Part shown: positions 46,850 through 56,692 of the stretch, in pieces
How positions within the stretch are numbered: position 1 is the first letter of the stretch
How the letters are laid out: each line of letters starts with the position of its first letter
Origin: Candidatus Latescibacterota bacterium
GTDB taxonomy: Bacteria > Latescibacterota > UBA2968
DNA length: 64,000 nucleotides
Direction of reading: 5' to 3'
NCBI GenBank assembly: GCA_965207885.1
Contig: OZ242311.1
Location: forward strand, 4,800,001-4,864,000
The notes under the pieces: generated by a model
Databases searched by the model: none
Seen by the model: the letters and a program-made list of their open reading frames with translations, nothing else
What the model was told of the DNA's origin: nothing
Position numbers and translations under genes: made by a program

Positions 46850-48662
46850 CAAGGGTCTGGATTTTTTGTCGGAGGTTTCGCAAGCGCTCGCGTGCTATGT
46901 CGGCTTCGAGGCTTGTGGGATAGTTGACGAGCAGGGTTTCGTAGATTTTTTGCGCGTCGTAATATTGGCCGAGGTATTTGTCGTAGATCGCGCCCTGTGC
47001 GATGTATGCGGCGGGGGAAAGTGGACTATGGGGTTGTGTGGCGATGAGTTTGCGATAGGTCTGAAGGGCTTGTGGGTAGCGTTTTTGGTCGGTGTAAATT
47101 TTGGCCTGATGGTCGAGCAAGCGATCCGCGAGAAAGGATTGCGGATGGGCGCGATGGAGGGTTTCAAATGCGTGCAATGCCCCGTTTTGATCTTTTTGGC
47201 GCAGTTTGAGGCAGGCACTGGCATACGCGCTGAGCAGGGTTGCGTCTGCGCGCTGGCCTTCTTGTAATAGCGCGGATAGGGCGATGGTGTCGTTTATGAT
47301 ATCGCGGTTGACATCTGTTTTGAGCACGGCGTCGAGCAGGGTTTGAGCCTGGTCAATCTGGCCCGATAGAAAATGCAATTCGGCGAGGCGAAAACGGGCT
47401 TCGGTCGCTTCGGAGGCGGTCGCTCTTTCGGCGATGATCTGGTGGTAGATGAGCCGCGTCTTATCTGTGTTGTCCGCCTGTAGATGTCCTTCGGCGAGGG
47501 CAAATAGCGCTTTGTATCGCCAGGTGCTGCGTCGATGGGTCTGGATCAGGTTTTGAAATGCCTGTTGGGCACCTCCGGCGTCGTTGTGGTGGTCGCGCAA
47601 GATGATGCCCACGAGAAAACGGGCTTCGTCGGCCTCTGCGCGGTTGGGGTGACGGGTGATGAGGTCGCTGTAGTGGTTTTGTGCCTCGGCGGGGCGGTTT
47701 GCAAGCTGATATGCTTTGCCCAGGCCCAATTGTGCACGCGCCAGATGGTCGGAACGGTCTGCGCGGTCACATATTGCCCGATAAGCGGCAATAGCGGTTG
47801 TGGGATTTTCATTGTCGAGGGCATAGTGCGCAATGCGGAACAGATAATTCCAGTTATTGTCTGTGGGCGCATTGGGCGAGAGCAAAAGGTCGAGTGTTTG
47901 CGCGACAAACCCAGCGGGCAGGGCGTATTCGATGAGCAGACTGAGATCGGTTTGGTCTTTGGGCGATGAGAGCAGGTCAAAGACCTCGGCATGCTGGTCG
48001 CCGTTTTGGGCCATATCGCGCAGGCGTGCTTCAACGTGTGCGCGGTATTGCGGGTTTTGCCGAATCCAGATTAGATATTCGCGCACGGCATCGGGATAAT
48101 GGGCGCGGCGTTCGGCGAGTTCGGCGAGTTCGCGGGCAAAATGCGTTGTGTTTTTGAGTGCGGTTCTCGCGCGGCGATAGGTCTGTTCGGCGCGTTTGTC
48201 GAGGTTGCGTTTGCGATAGCGGTCGGCAATGATGGCAAAGGGATGTGTGTTGGTCGCCTTCTGGAGCAGAGGTTCCCAGGATGCAGCTGCGGAATCTATT
48301 TGTCCCAGTTCAAAGAGGGCGATGCCCAGGCGAAGGCGTGCGTTGTTATCGTTTGGAACAGATGAGAGGCGTTGGCGAAATAGCACGGCGACTTCGTCAT
48401 GCCTGCCCGCCCGCGATAGTGCGGATTCGAGGCGCATGAGAAGGTCGGCGCGATGGGGATGCTGGATGTAAAGGCCGCGGTAGATGTAGATCGCGCTCGT
48501 GAAGTCCTTTTTTGCTTCAAGGGCTATTGCGCGCTGGATCGCGGCGTTGATCTGCTCGGTAGATGCAGTGGCAATCCCCGCGCATAAGAGGAGGAGTGCG
48601 ATATAGCAACTACCTCGCAAAAACCAAATTTTATTCGTCCGTTGTCTTTTTCGCATCTTCAA
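46827..48662 (-). CDS. Secreted tetratricopeptide repeat protein
   Basis: Signal peptide followed by repeated TPR-like helices; exact start uncertain. Confidence 0.8.
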   Translation of the reverse strand: MKMRKRQRTNKIWFLRGSCYIALLLLCAGIATASTEQINAAIQRAIALEAKKDFTSAIYIYRGLYIQHPHRADLLMRLESALSRAGRHDEVAVLFRQRLSSVPNDNNARLRLGIALFELGQIDSAAASWEPLLQKATNTHPFAIIADRYRKRNLDKRAEQTYRRARTALKNTTHFARELAELAERRAHYPDAVREYLIWIRQNPQYRAHVEARLRDMAQNGDQHAEVFDLLSSPKDQTDLSLLIEYALPAGFVAQTLDLLLSPNAPTDNNWNYLFRIAHYALDNENPTTAIAAYRAICDRADRSDHLARAQLGLGKAYQLANRPAEAQNHYSDLITRHPNRAEADEARFLVGIILRDHHNDAGGAQQAFQNLIQTHRRSTWRYKALFALAEGHLQADNTDKTRLIYHQIIAERATASEATEARFRLAELHFLSGQIDQAQTLLDAVLKTDVNRDIINDTIALSALLQEGQRADATLLSAYASACLKLRQKDQNGALHAFETLHRAHPQSFLADRLLDHQAKIYTDQKRYPQALQTYRKLIATQPHSPLSPAAYIAQGAIYDKYLGQYYDAQKIYETLLVNYPTSLEADIARERLRNLRQKIQTLEKTKEAG

Positions 48663-51600
48663 TCAGGTTTTCAAAATACCGCCGGATGAGGGCCTGGTAT
48701 TCGGGTGAATATCCCTCTTTGAGGGCGTCGCGCATCAGATGGCGCAGGGGGTTGTCGGCTTCTCCTAAGTCTGCGGGGAGCGTTCCCGGTCCGCGATAGG
48801 TCAAATTTACGCCCGTGCGCGCCTGTCGCTTTTTGCTCTTTCCGCGCGATCTCATCGCCTGTTGGGCATCGAGCATGCGGGAGAGGATCTGTCGCTGTCG
48901 CATGAGGGTTTGGGGTGCGACCTGGCGTTGGAGAAGTTCGCGTGCGGTTTCCTGCATGTCGCTGGCAATTTTGCCCAGGTCGCCGAGCATTTCGCGCTGT
49001 TGCCGCGCCAATTCGCCGCGCAGGGCATTGAGCGCGTCCCGGATGGCGCGCTGTTGGGCCGCGAGTTTTTGCCACGAGGGTTGGCCACCTTGCCCGGATT
49101 GCCCAAATAGATTTTCGGTTTGGGCGTTGAGTGATCCCTGTTGTTGGGCGAGTTGGGCCATTTTTGCCATCATTTCTTCAAAGCCCGTGCCCGATTCCGA
49201 AGAGGCGAGTTGTCCCAGTGCGTTCTGTACCATCATGGCTCCGCGATTGATTTCTCCCATGGCTTCGCGGGCGAGTTGGGCCGCCTGAGTGGCATTGCCC
49301 GCGTTGAGTTGTTCGGCAGCGCCATCCATTTTGTTTAAGGCCTGACCGAGGGCTGCCTGTGCGCTGGGGGGCATAAAGAAGGTTTTTTGCGAGGCGTCCA
49401 TCAGGCGTTGTGCCATGCGCGATGCCCCGGTTATCGCACGCGCCTGGTCCAGGGCGAGGGGAGCGGTGTCGTCGCGACTTCCAGCCTCATTGGCGCGCTG
49501 TGCCGTGCGTTCCTGCGCCTGGGATAAGGTGAGGAGATCGTGCAATACGCGGTTGAGTTCTCTGGCGATTTCTTCTTTTTGTCGCTGAATAAATTGTTGT
49601 CGGGCCTGTGCGAGGTTCTGGCTCAGGTTTTGTAAGTCCCGGGCGAGAGAATCGCTGTTTTGTCCCGCGCTTTGCCGTTGCCCCAGGGCAAGGTCCTGGC
49701 GCACTTGATCCATGCGAGGGGTGAGTTGTTTGTTTTGTATTGCGTTGGCGATTTGGTCGAGTTCGCCGTCAGTGGGGTTGTCCATTTTTTGCGATGCTTG
49801 TTGCAGTTCTGTGCGCAATTGTTCTGTGTCTCGGGCGATGCGTGTCTGGCGGCGGGCGAGGTCTTCGGTGGGTTCGCGTTCGATATTTTGCGTGATCTGA
49901 TCCTGGGCGTGGGCGAGTTCTTCGAGTTTTTGGTTGAGCGCGTCGAGGGTTTGTTGTTGTTGAACGCGCCGCAAAAGGGCGAGGGTGCGGTCGATGCTTT
50001 CGCGGAATTTTTCGCGCTCCATCTGAAATTGTTCAAGAGCCTCGCGCACCATGTTTGCATCGGCACTTTTGATGGCTTCGTCCAATTTTTTCATGACGGC
50101 CTCGAGTTCTGGCGTGCGAATTTGCGAAAGCAATGTTTGTAGTTCTTCGAGTTTTTGCAGGGTATCGTCTTCGAGTAATCCGCTTTCTTGCAGGCGGTCG
50201 AGTGCGCGTTCGAGTTGTTCGGCTGTGGATTCAATTTGTTCGGCGAGTTGTTCTTGTGTTTGGCGCACTTTTTCGAGTTCGCGTTTTTCCTGCCAATCGA
50301 GTTTGTCTTTGGAGAGCATATCGCGGGCGAGTTCTTTGAGGCGCGCGTCGAGTTCGCGCCCGCGTTGTTGCACGGTTTCGATCTCGTCAATGCTTTCGCG
50401 CTGTGTTTTGTCCGCTTCTCGATGGATTTCAAACAGGCTGGGCATGCGAATTGTAAAGGTGGCTGTTTCCCCATAAGAGGGTCTGGGGTTGTTGTCGTAA
50501 GCGCGGATTCTGTAGGTGATTTGATCGCCCGGTAGCAAGTCGAGGTTGGACAGGTCCCAGTGATAAGATGTCTCAATTTCGCGCCCGGGCGTTGTGATAA
50601 TTGGAAGGATGTGGTCTGTGTCGTCGTCTTTCTGGTATCTGAGTTGCAGGCGCGAGATGCCATAGTCGTCAAAGGCTTCGGCAACGAGGGAGACGCGCAT
50701 TGATTCTGTGAGGTCGATATCTTGTCCCGGTCGCAACAGGCGCACGTCGGGCGGTTGATCGGGCAGCGCGACAATGCGATATGTTACGGGGTCTTTGTTG
50801 GCGATCATATAGGGATCGCGCAAGTGTATGCGATAGCGCCCGTCTTTTTTCACTGTCAGGGTCGCCTGTGCAAGCGATGAAGATACTGAGGCGGGTAATT
50901 CGGTTGCGTCGTCAAATACGAGCGAGGCCGATTCGAGGGGTTTGTTGGCTTCAATGGTCAATGAAATTTCTGTGCCGATTGGTACAATTACGTCGCCGCC
51001 CTGTTGATCAATGCGGTCGGGCAGGGCTGTGTGCGGCGGAAATCGGTCGCGGTGCGAGATGCGCGTGACAATGGGGCGCGGGTGTACGGTTGCAGTGTAG
51101 GTGGAGGTTTGCGCGTCGTGGGCAGACAGGCGGTAGTCAAAAGATCGCGTGACATTGGGGAAGTGGTGAGATGTGCCCGTTTGTTTGACTGGTAAGACAA
51201 AAGATGCCCACGTTTGTACGCCTTTTTCGCGCACATACAGGCGCGCAGTGCGCGGAACAATGCCCGCAAATTGTGCGGTGAGCGTAAGTGGCTCCCCACC
51301 GATGATTTCGACATTGCCCGGTTTTAAAATTATGTACGTGTCTGGCGGGCGAGTGTATGGGGTTTGCGGGTTTGCGAGGCGTTGGGCTGCGCCGGATAAG
51401 GCCGTGGGCCATCCCGCGTGGAGCAAGAGCGCGACGAGGGCGAGCACGACAACTGCCGTGGCAGCGCGGATGGGTGGCTTGCGATTGATGAGTCTTTCAT
51501 AAGGAAGATGCTGTGTGGCGCGTTCTGCCTGGATGATTGCGGCATCGACGAGTGCGGTGGCGTGTTTTTCGCGGTCTCTTTGTCGCCACAATTGGAGTGC

Positions 51601-51921
51601 GTTGATCAGGTGTTGCTGGAGGCCGCCAAAGTGTTGTTCCACGCGCAGTGCGATCTGGTCGAGGCTGGCAGGGCGGATAAATGGGATGACGCAGAAGCGG
51701 GCGAGCAGGTATAAGAGGCATAGGGCGCACAAACTCTCCAAAACAATTTTGAGGATTGGGCGCAGGTAGAATAGCGATTCGAGGATGAGGAGGGCAATTC
51801 CCACGCTGAGGATAAATACCAGCGCGAGTCCTACGCCCGTTAGTGCCCGATTCGCCGCCAGCAGGGTGCGCAGTCTTGTGAGGCGGTGGGTGAGTTTTTG
51901 ATGTGCAGAGTGTGAGGTCAT
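48631..51921 (-). CDS. DUF4175-like membrane-anchored coiled-coil protein
   Basis: N-terminal TM helices, D.PP.V and DDYG Ig-like domains, long Q/E-rich coiled coil, and C-terminal Y..LI..YF. Confidence 0.78.
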   Translation of the reverse strand: MTSHSAHQKLTHRLTRLRTLLAANRALTGVGLALVFILSVGIALLILESLFYLRPILKIVLESLCALCLLYLLARFCVIPFIRPASLDQIALRVEQHFGGLQQHLINALQLWRQRDREKHATALVDAAIIQAERATQHLPYERLINRKPPIRAATAVVVLALVALLLHAGWPTALSGAAQRLANPQTPYTRPPDTYIILKPGNVEIIGGEPLTLTAQFAGIVPRTARLYVREKGVQTWASFVLPVKQTGTSHHFPNVTRSFDYRLSAHDAQTSTYTATVHPRPIVTRISHRDRFPPHTALPDRIDQQGGDVIVPIGTEISLTIEANKPLESASLVFDDATELPASVSSSLAQATLTVKKDGRYRIHLRDPYMIANKDPVTYRIVALPDQPPDVRLLRPGQDIDLTESMRVSLVAEAFDDYGISRLQLRYQKDDDTDHILPIITTPGREIETSYHWDLSNLDLLPGDQITYRIRAYDNNPRPSYGETATFTIRMPSLFEIHREADKTQRESIDEIETVQQRGRELDARLKELARDMLSKDKLDWQEKRELEKVRQTQEQLAEQIESTAEQLERALDRLQESGLLEDDTLQKLEELQTLLSQIRTPELEAVMKKLDEAIKSADANMVREALEQFQMEREKFRESIDRTLALLRRVQQQQTLDALNQKLEELAHAQDQITQNIEREPTEDLARRQTRIARDTEQLRTELQQASQKMDNPTDGELDQIANAIQNKQLTPRMDQVRQDLALGQRQSAGQNSDSLARDLQNLSQNLAQARQQFIQRQKEEIARELNRVLHDLLTLSQAQERTAQRANEAGSRDDTAPLALDQARAITGASRMAQRLMDASQKTFFMPPSAQAALGQALNKMDGAAEQLNAGNATQAAQLAREAMGEINRGAMMVQNALGQLASSESGTGFEEMMAKMAQLAQQQGSLNAQTENLFGQSGQGGQPSWQKLAAQQRAIRDALNALRGELARQQREMLGDLGKIASDMQETARELLQRQVAPQTLMRQRQILSRMLDAQQAMRSRGKSKKRQARTGVNLTYRGPGTLPADLGEADNPLRHLMRDALKEGYSPEYQALIRRYFENLIEDAKKTTDE

Positions 51922-51931
51922 GGAACAGTGG

Positions 51932-52594
51932 TCAGTGCGTTAGTGCCCAGACAATGACATTGGTGCCCATTTTGAGGGCTTCTTGTCTTTTTTCGGGCGG
52001 GTCGTTGTGTACGTCGGGGTCATCCCATCCATCGGCGATGTCGCTACTCGTGTTGTAAAAGACGATCAGGCGGTCTTCGTGAAATAGGCCCAGAGCCTGA
52101 GGAGGATCGCCGTCGTGTTCGTGGATTTTTGGCAAGCCGTTTGGAAATTGAAACGGCGTTTTGAAGAGGCCAAAAGAAGGGGGCAATTGGACGAGTTTTT
52201 TGTCGGGGAATGCGCGTTTGATTTCCCGACGAAAGGATTCGTCCAGGCCGTAGTCGTCGTTGGCAAAAAGAAATCCGCCGCGTTCGAGATAGAGGCGCAA
52301 GCGCCGCAGTTCCTCTTCGGAGAATCGGATGTTGCCATGTCCGGTGAGAAATAGAACGGGATAGGCAAAGAGGTGTTCGTCGGTAAGCGCGACCTGGGCT
52401 TCTTGCTCGGCGGTGCGGATGGGCGTGTGTTGTCTGATAAATGCGAGCAGGTTGGGTATTTCTGTTGGCCCATTGTACCAATCACCGCCGCCGTCGTATT
52501 TGATACGCGCTATGGTGAATGCGGCGGGCGGGTCTTGCAATTGCGCCAGGCTGGGCGCAGAGATTATCAGGAGTAGAAGGATGAAATGGCGCAT
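51932..52594 (-). CDS. DUF4159 domain protein
   Basis: Y.GGGDWY, GGFLF.ND.YG and GLPKIHEHDG motifs. Confidence 0.85.
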   Translation of the reverse strand: MRHFILLLLIISAPSLAQLQDPPAAFTIARIKYDGGGDWYNGPTEIPNLLAFIRQHTPIRTAEQEAQVALTDEHLFAYPVLFLTGHGNIRFSEEELRRLRLYLERGGFLFANDDYGLDESFRREIKRAFPDKKLVQLPPSFGLFKTPFQFPNGLPKIHEHDGDPPQALGLFHEDRLIVFYNTSSDIADGWDDPDVHNDPPEKRQEALKMGTNVIVWALTH

Positions 52595-52632
52595 GGTTTT
52601 TATGACGCGAAAAGGCGGTGTTCGGTTCCGTT

Positions 52633-52691
52633 GTAGGGGCGGTGCCTCCGTATAAAATCATTACGGAGCAGGCTCCTGTGCCCGCCCGTCG
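52633..52691 (+). repeat. GTAG-type REP carrying a nested 28-nt hairpin insertion
   Basis: Matches the 31-nt REP at 54216-54246 once 52646-52673 is removed. Confidence 0.75.
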
Positions 52692-52699
52692 GAGGTCTC

Positions 52700-53041
52700 T
52701 TATGTCTCACTTTTTACGTTGTCAATTTGCAGGATGGAAGGCTCCGTGCCAAAGGTGTAAGTGCAGTCGAAGTCAACTTCTGATAAACACCGCGTGTCAA
52801 TTGGAAATGCCGCGCATTGTTTGGGGCGGTTTTCGTAGATGCTACAGAGGGTATCCCCGGTGTCATTTTTGATGAGAAATGGACATTTGAACAGGAGTTC
52901 GCAGCAGTTGCCACATTGATTGCATTCGCCCTGTCGGTTTTTTTCTTGTTGCGCGACATAGGCTTTGCGAAATCGCAGCAGCACAAAGCGTCGTACTTTG
53001 CCTATGGCTTGTTCGCACATTTTGCCAAGGGTTCTGGGCAT
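52700..53041 (-). CDS. CxxCxxCC (YkgJ-like) cysteine-cluster protein
   Basis: CNQCGNCC...CPFL...CSIYENRP..C..FP. Confidence 0.8.
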   Translation of the reverse strand: MPRTLGKMCEQAIGKVRRFVLLRFRKAYVAQQEKNRQGECNQCGNCCELLFKCPFLIKNDTGDTLCSIYENRPKQCAAFPIDTRCLSEVDFDCTYTFGTEPSILQIDNVKSET

Positions 53042-53056
53042 GGAAAAGTCCTGTTC

Positions 53057-54199
53057 TTATTTTATTTGTCCGATTTCGCGCTCTGCGGCCTGTACGCCGC
53101 TTTTGGTGTCGTGAACGGCGATGGTGAGGTCGCAGTGCTGGGTTTCGCCGCCGTTGAGTGTGATGACGCGTCCGGCGTCGCGTTCAAAGCTTTTGGCGTT
53201 GGGATAGTTGGTGGCGGGTTCGAGGCCTACAACGTATCCATCTGGGGTTGCTGCAGTGTTTTTCCAGAGGGTAAAGTACGGCATTTGTTTGAGTGCGTAG
53301 TGGAGCGAAGATCCCAGATTGCCTTCGGCGTTTTTGAGCAGTACAGATGTGTTGCCTTCGCTGTTGCCAGCGAGTTCGTAAAAATAAACTTGTTCGATAT
53401 AACCCGGGGTGGGACCGAGGCATTGGTCGAATGTTTTGAAGCCTTCCTCTGCGCGTGGGTCGCGTGGGGAGACGGTTTTGTGCGACGTTACGATGGATGC
53501 GCCTTCTTCGAGGAGGGGCGCGCCGTAGTTGCAGTGGTAGAGCAGTTGCATTTCAGCGGGTTTGTCGTTGAGGTTGGTCACTTGATCGGCTATGGTGAAG
53601 TTGTTGCTGCCGAGTTCTGTCGATATGGTTGTGGTGAGGCGCAGCGCGGGACCAAACATCATGGTTTCATCGACGATGCCCAATACGGCGATGCGATGAG
53701 GTGGTGTCAGGCCGATTTGCACTTCAACATGGCGCGCGGGTATGTTGGCGATTTTGCCGTGCAGAGGGACAAAGACTTCGGCTTCGTTGCCGTTGTTGTC
53801 GATTACGATGTCGTTGCCGGGGGCACCATTGCTGTCGATGCCACAGCGTACGATCCATTCGTTAAAGCCTTTGAGCCATCCCAGGCCGCCCCGGTCGTTG
53901 AGTTCGATAAAGGCCGGGTTGACGAGGTCGCGCACGGGCGATTCCCAGCCGAGGGAGATACCGCGATACGTGCCTTTCCATATTCCCATGCCGCGCGTGG
54001 GAACGATGAATATAGAGAGTGCCCCGTTGTCGAGTTCTATGAGGTCAACCCCGTCTTGTACGCCGCCTTTGAGGGCGGTTTTTTGCACGCGCCAGGTATG
54101 TTTTGTGCCAAGTGGCAGGGTGGATCCATCGATGTTCCACGATTCTGTCCAGAGTGCGCGTTCGACATCGGTTAGGACAATGCGATACATGCCTTCCAT
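53057..54199 (-). CDS. Aldose 1-epimerase family protein (DUF4432)
   Basis: PTRGMG, LHG.I.N, LYHCNYG and GLEP.T.YP motifs. Confidence 0.82.
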   Translation of the reverse strand: MEGMYRIVLTDVERALWTESWNIDGSTLPLGTKHTWRVQKTALKGGVQDGVDLIELDNGALSIFIVPTRGMGIWKGTYRGISLGWESPVRDLVNPAFIELNDRGGLGWLKGFNEWIVRCGIDSNGAPGNDIVIDNNGNEAEVFVPLHGKIANIPARHVEVQIGLTPPHRIAVLGIVDETMMFGPALRLTTTISTELGSNNFTIADQVTNLNDKPAEMQLLYHCNYGAPLLEEGASIVTSHKTVSPRDPRAEEGFKTFDQCLGPTPGYIEQVYFYELAGNSEGNTSVLLKNAEGNLGSSLHYALKQMPYFTLWKNTAATPDGYVVGLEPATNYPNAKSFERDAGRVITLNGGETQHCDLTIAVHDTKSGVQAAEREIGQIK

Positions 54200-54215
54200 G
54201 AAAATTTCCTTCTGT

Positions 54216-54246
54216 GTAGGAGCGGTGCCCCCGTGCCCGCCCGTCG
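54216..54246 (+). repeat. GTAG-type REP
   Basis: GTAGGAGCGGTGCCCCCGTGCCCGCCCGTCG. Confidence 0.7.
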
Positions 54247-54422
54247 TTGGGGCAGGCTCCTTTTGTTGTCTATGATTGTGAGAATATACGGGAAAATGTG
54301 CGAGGTGAAAAGCGCAACGTAGAGATGCCGCCGCATGATGATGCCGGGATGGTTGTCAAAATGGGTATAAGGACTTAATTTTATACTGATTTTACGCAAC
54401 TTCTACAGCATTGGCGATTGTA

Positions 54423-55805
54423 ATGAAAAAACAAACTTTTTTCTTTTGCGGTATTGGTGGCAGTGGCATGAGTGCCATTGCACAGGTGTTGTTGCATCAG
54501 GGTCATGCGGTGCGCGGGTCGGATCGCAGCTATGACCAGGGGCAGAATGCGGATTTGTACGCGCAATTGCAGGCACTTGGGGTGGTGTTGTTTCCGCAGG
54601 ATGGGTCGGGCGTGGACGCAGATGTGGATGTGCTGGTGGTGTCGAGTGCGGTCGAGCCGACGATTTTAGATGTACAGGCAGGGCTGGATCGCGGTATTGC
54701 TATTCGCAAGCGGGCAGAGGTGTTGGCGGACTTGTTCCATCGGGGGATGGGGATTGCCGTGGGGGGGACGAGTGGGAAATCAACAGTGACGGGGATGATT
54801 GGGCATATTTTGAGCAGGACAGGACGCGATCCCACGGTGATCAATGGGGGGATGATGCGCGATGCTGTGCAGCCTCCACGATTGGGCAATGCATTATGCG
54901 GTGATGCCGAGTTGGTGGTGATTGAGGCTGATGAGAGTGATGGTACGATTGCGCTGTACGAGCCGACGGTGTCGGTGTTGACGAATATTTCGCTGGATCA
55001 CAAGCCGATGACAGAATTGGAGTCGCTTTTTGGGGCATTCTGTGCGCGAGCAAGAGATGCGGTGGTGGTGAATCGTCTGTGCGCGCGGTCGATGGTGTTG
55101 ACGCAGGGTGTAAAACGGCGGGTGACTTTTGGGGTGGATTGCGAAGGGGCAGATGTGCATGCTGCCGATGTCGCGTTGTTGCCCGATGGTGTGCGGTGCG
55201 TTGTCAATGGGCAGGCTTGTCGGTTGCGCGTGCCGGGCCGACACAATGTTGCCAATGCAGTGGCGGCTATTGCCGCGTGTGAGGTGCTTGGGATAAGTGT
55301 GCGGGATGGGGCAGAAGCATTGGGTGATTTTCGGGGGATTGGCAGGCGGTTGGAGGTGGTGGGCAAGGCACAGGGGGTGACGGTGATCGATGATTTTGCA
55401 CATAATCCGGATAAAATTGCCGCGAGTTTGGCTACATTGAAGGCGCAGCCAGGGCGCGTGTTGTCGGTTTTTCAACCTCACGGGTTTGGTCCAACGCGAT
55501 TTTTGATGGATGGGCTGATTTCGGCATTTGTCAATGGAATGGATGGGGATGATCTGGTGATTATGTCGGAAATTTTTTATGCCGGTGGGACAGCGCAAAA
55601 GGATATTTCGTCGGGGGATTTGATCGCTCAGATCGCGCGTGCTGGACGGCGGGCTGAGTATATTGAAAGACGCGAGGATATTGTTGTGCGTTTGGCGGAG
55701 GAGGCGCGGGAGGGCGACCGGGTTGTGGTGATGGGCGCGCGGGATGATTCGTTGACGGATTTTGCAAGAGATATATTATTACAGATTGAGAGCAGGGTGC
55801 GATGA
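54423..55805 (+). CDS. MurC/Mpl-like UDP-N-acetylmuramate ligase
   Basis: GIGGSGMS, GTSGKST, EADESD, DDFAHNP and FQPH motifs. Confidence 0.88.
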   Translation: MKKQTFFFCGIGGSGMSAIAQVLLHQGHAVRGSDRSYDQGQNADLYAQLQALGVVLFPQDGSGVDADVDVLVVSSAVEPTILDVQAGLDRGIAIRKRAEVLADLFHRGMGIAVGGTSGKSTVTGMIGHILSRTGRDPTVINGGMMRDAVQPPRLGNALCGDAELVVIEADESDGTIALYEPTVSVLTNISLDHKPMTELESLFGAFCARARDAVVVNRLCARSMVLTQGVKRRVTFGVDCEGADVHAADVALLPDGVRCVVNGQACRLRVPGRHNVANAVAAIAACEVLGISVRDGAEALGDFRGIGRRLEVVGKAQGVTVIDDFAHNPDKIAASLATLKAQPGRVLSVFQPHGFGPTRFLMDGLISAFVNGMDGDDLVIMSEIFYAGGTAQKDISSGDLIAQIARAGRRAEYIERREDIVVRLAEEAREGDRVVVMGARDDSLTDFARDILLQIESRVR

Positions 55806-56692
55806 GCTTACCTCCTGAATTGCAACCGGGTGATACGGTGGGGGTGATTGCGCCGTCCGGATCTTTTGAACGCGAGCGGTTGGCCCCCGGGCTGACGTTT
55901 TTGCGCGCGAAGGGGTTTGATGTGCGCGAGGGGACGTCGCTTTACGCTCAGGAGCGGTATTTGGCGGGGACGGATCGGGCGCGTGCAGATGATGTGAATG
56001 CGATGTTTGCCGATGGGGATGTGAAGGGTATTTTTGTCGCGCGCGGTGGGTATGGGGCAGCTCGCATTTTAGAGTTTTTAGATTGGGCATCTATTGCCCA
56101 AAATCCAAAGATGCTGGTGGGGCTGAGCGATACGACGGCGTTGCAGTTGGCGATTTTTGCGCGAACGGGATTGGTGACGTTTTCCGGGTTTTTGCTCTGT
56201 TCGGATGCGACAGCAGAAGGTGTTGACCAGGAGACTGAGCAGGCATTATGGGAAGCGGTGTGTTCGCATCGGTTTGAGGGCGTTGGTTTAACGCCTCTGC
56301 GCGGTGGCGAGGTGAATGGTCCATTCATTGGGGGGTGTTTGTCGCTGGTGGCGTCGCTGGTGGGTACGCAGTTTTTTCCAGAACTCAATGGCGCAGTACT
56401 GGTGCTGGAGGATGTGAATGAGCCGCCGTATCGCGTAGATCGGATGCTGAATCAGTTGGCGATGGCCGGGGTGTTTGACCGCGTCGCAGGTGTGGTGTTT
56501 GGCGAGTTTGTGGATTGCGAACCCGAGCGCGAGTCAGAGGGCCGGGTCGAAGATGTGATCGATGATTTTGTTGCACGGGTGTCCTGTCCGGTTTTTTGTG
56601 GTTTGCCCTATGGACATGGCAAGGCGCGGCGGGTACTGCCGATTGGTCTGGGCGTCAGGATTGCACGAGATGTGTTGGAATTTGATCTATGA
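55802..56692 (+). CDS. ldcA: LD-carboxypeptidase (peptidase S66)
   Basis: ARGGYG, G.SD.T (Ser), LED..E (Glu) and YGH (His). Confidence 0.9.
   Translation: MSLPPELQPGDTVGVIAPSGSFERERLAPGLTFLRAKGFDVREGTSLYAQERYLAGTDRARADDVNAMFADGDVKGIFVARGGYGAARILEFLDWASIAQNPKMLVGLSDTTALQLAIFARTGLVTFSGFLLCSDATAEGVDQETEQALWEAVCSHRFEGVGLTPLRGGEVNGPFIGGCLSLVASLVGTQFFPELNGAVLVLEDVNEPPYRVDRMLNQLAMAGVFDRVAGVVFGEFVDCEPERESEGRVEDVIDDFVARVSCPVFCGLPYGHGKARRVLPIGLGVRIARDVLEFDL

Noticed and set aside
52817-54175. 452-aa plus-strand ORF
   Set aside because: Antisense shadow of the aldose epimerase and YkgJ-like genes, with no motifs.
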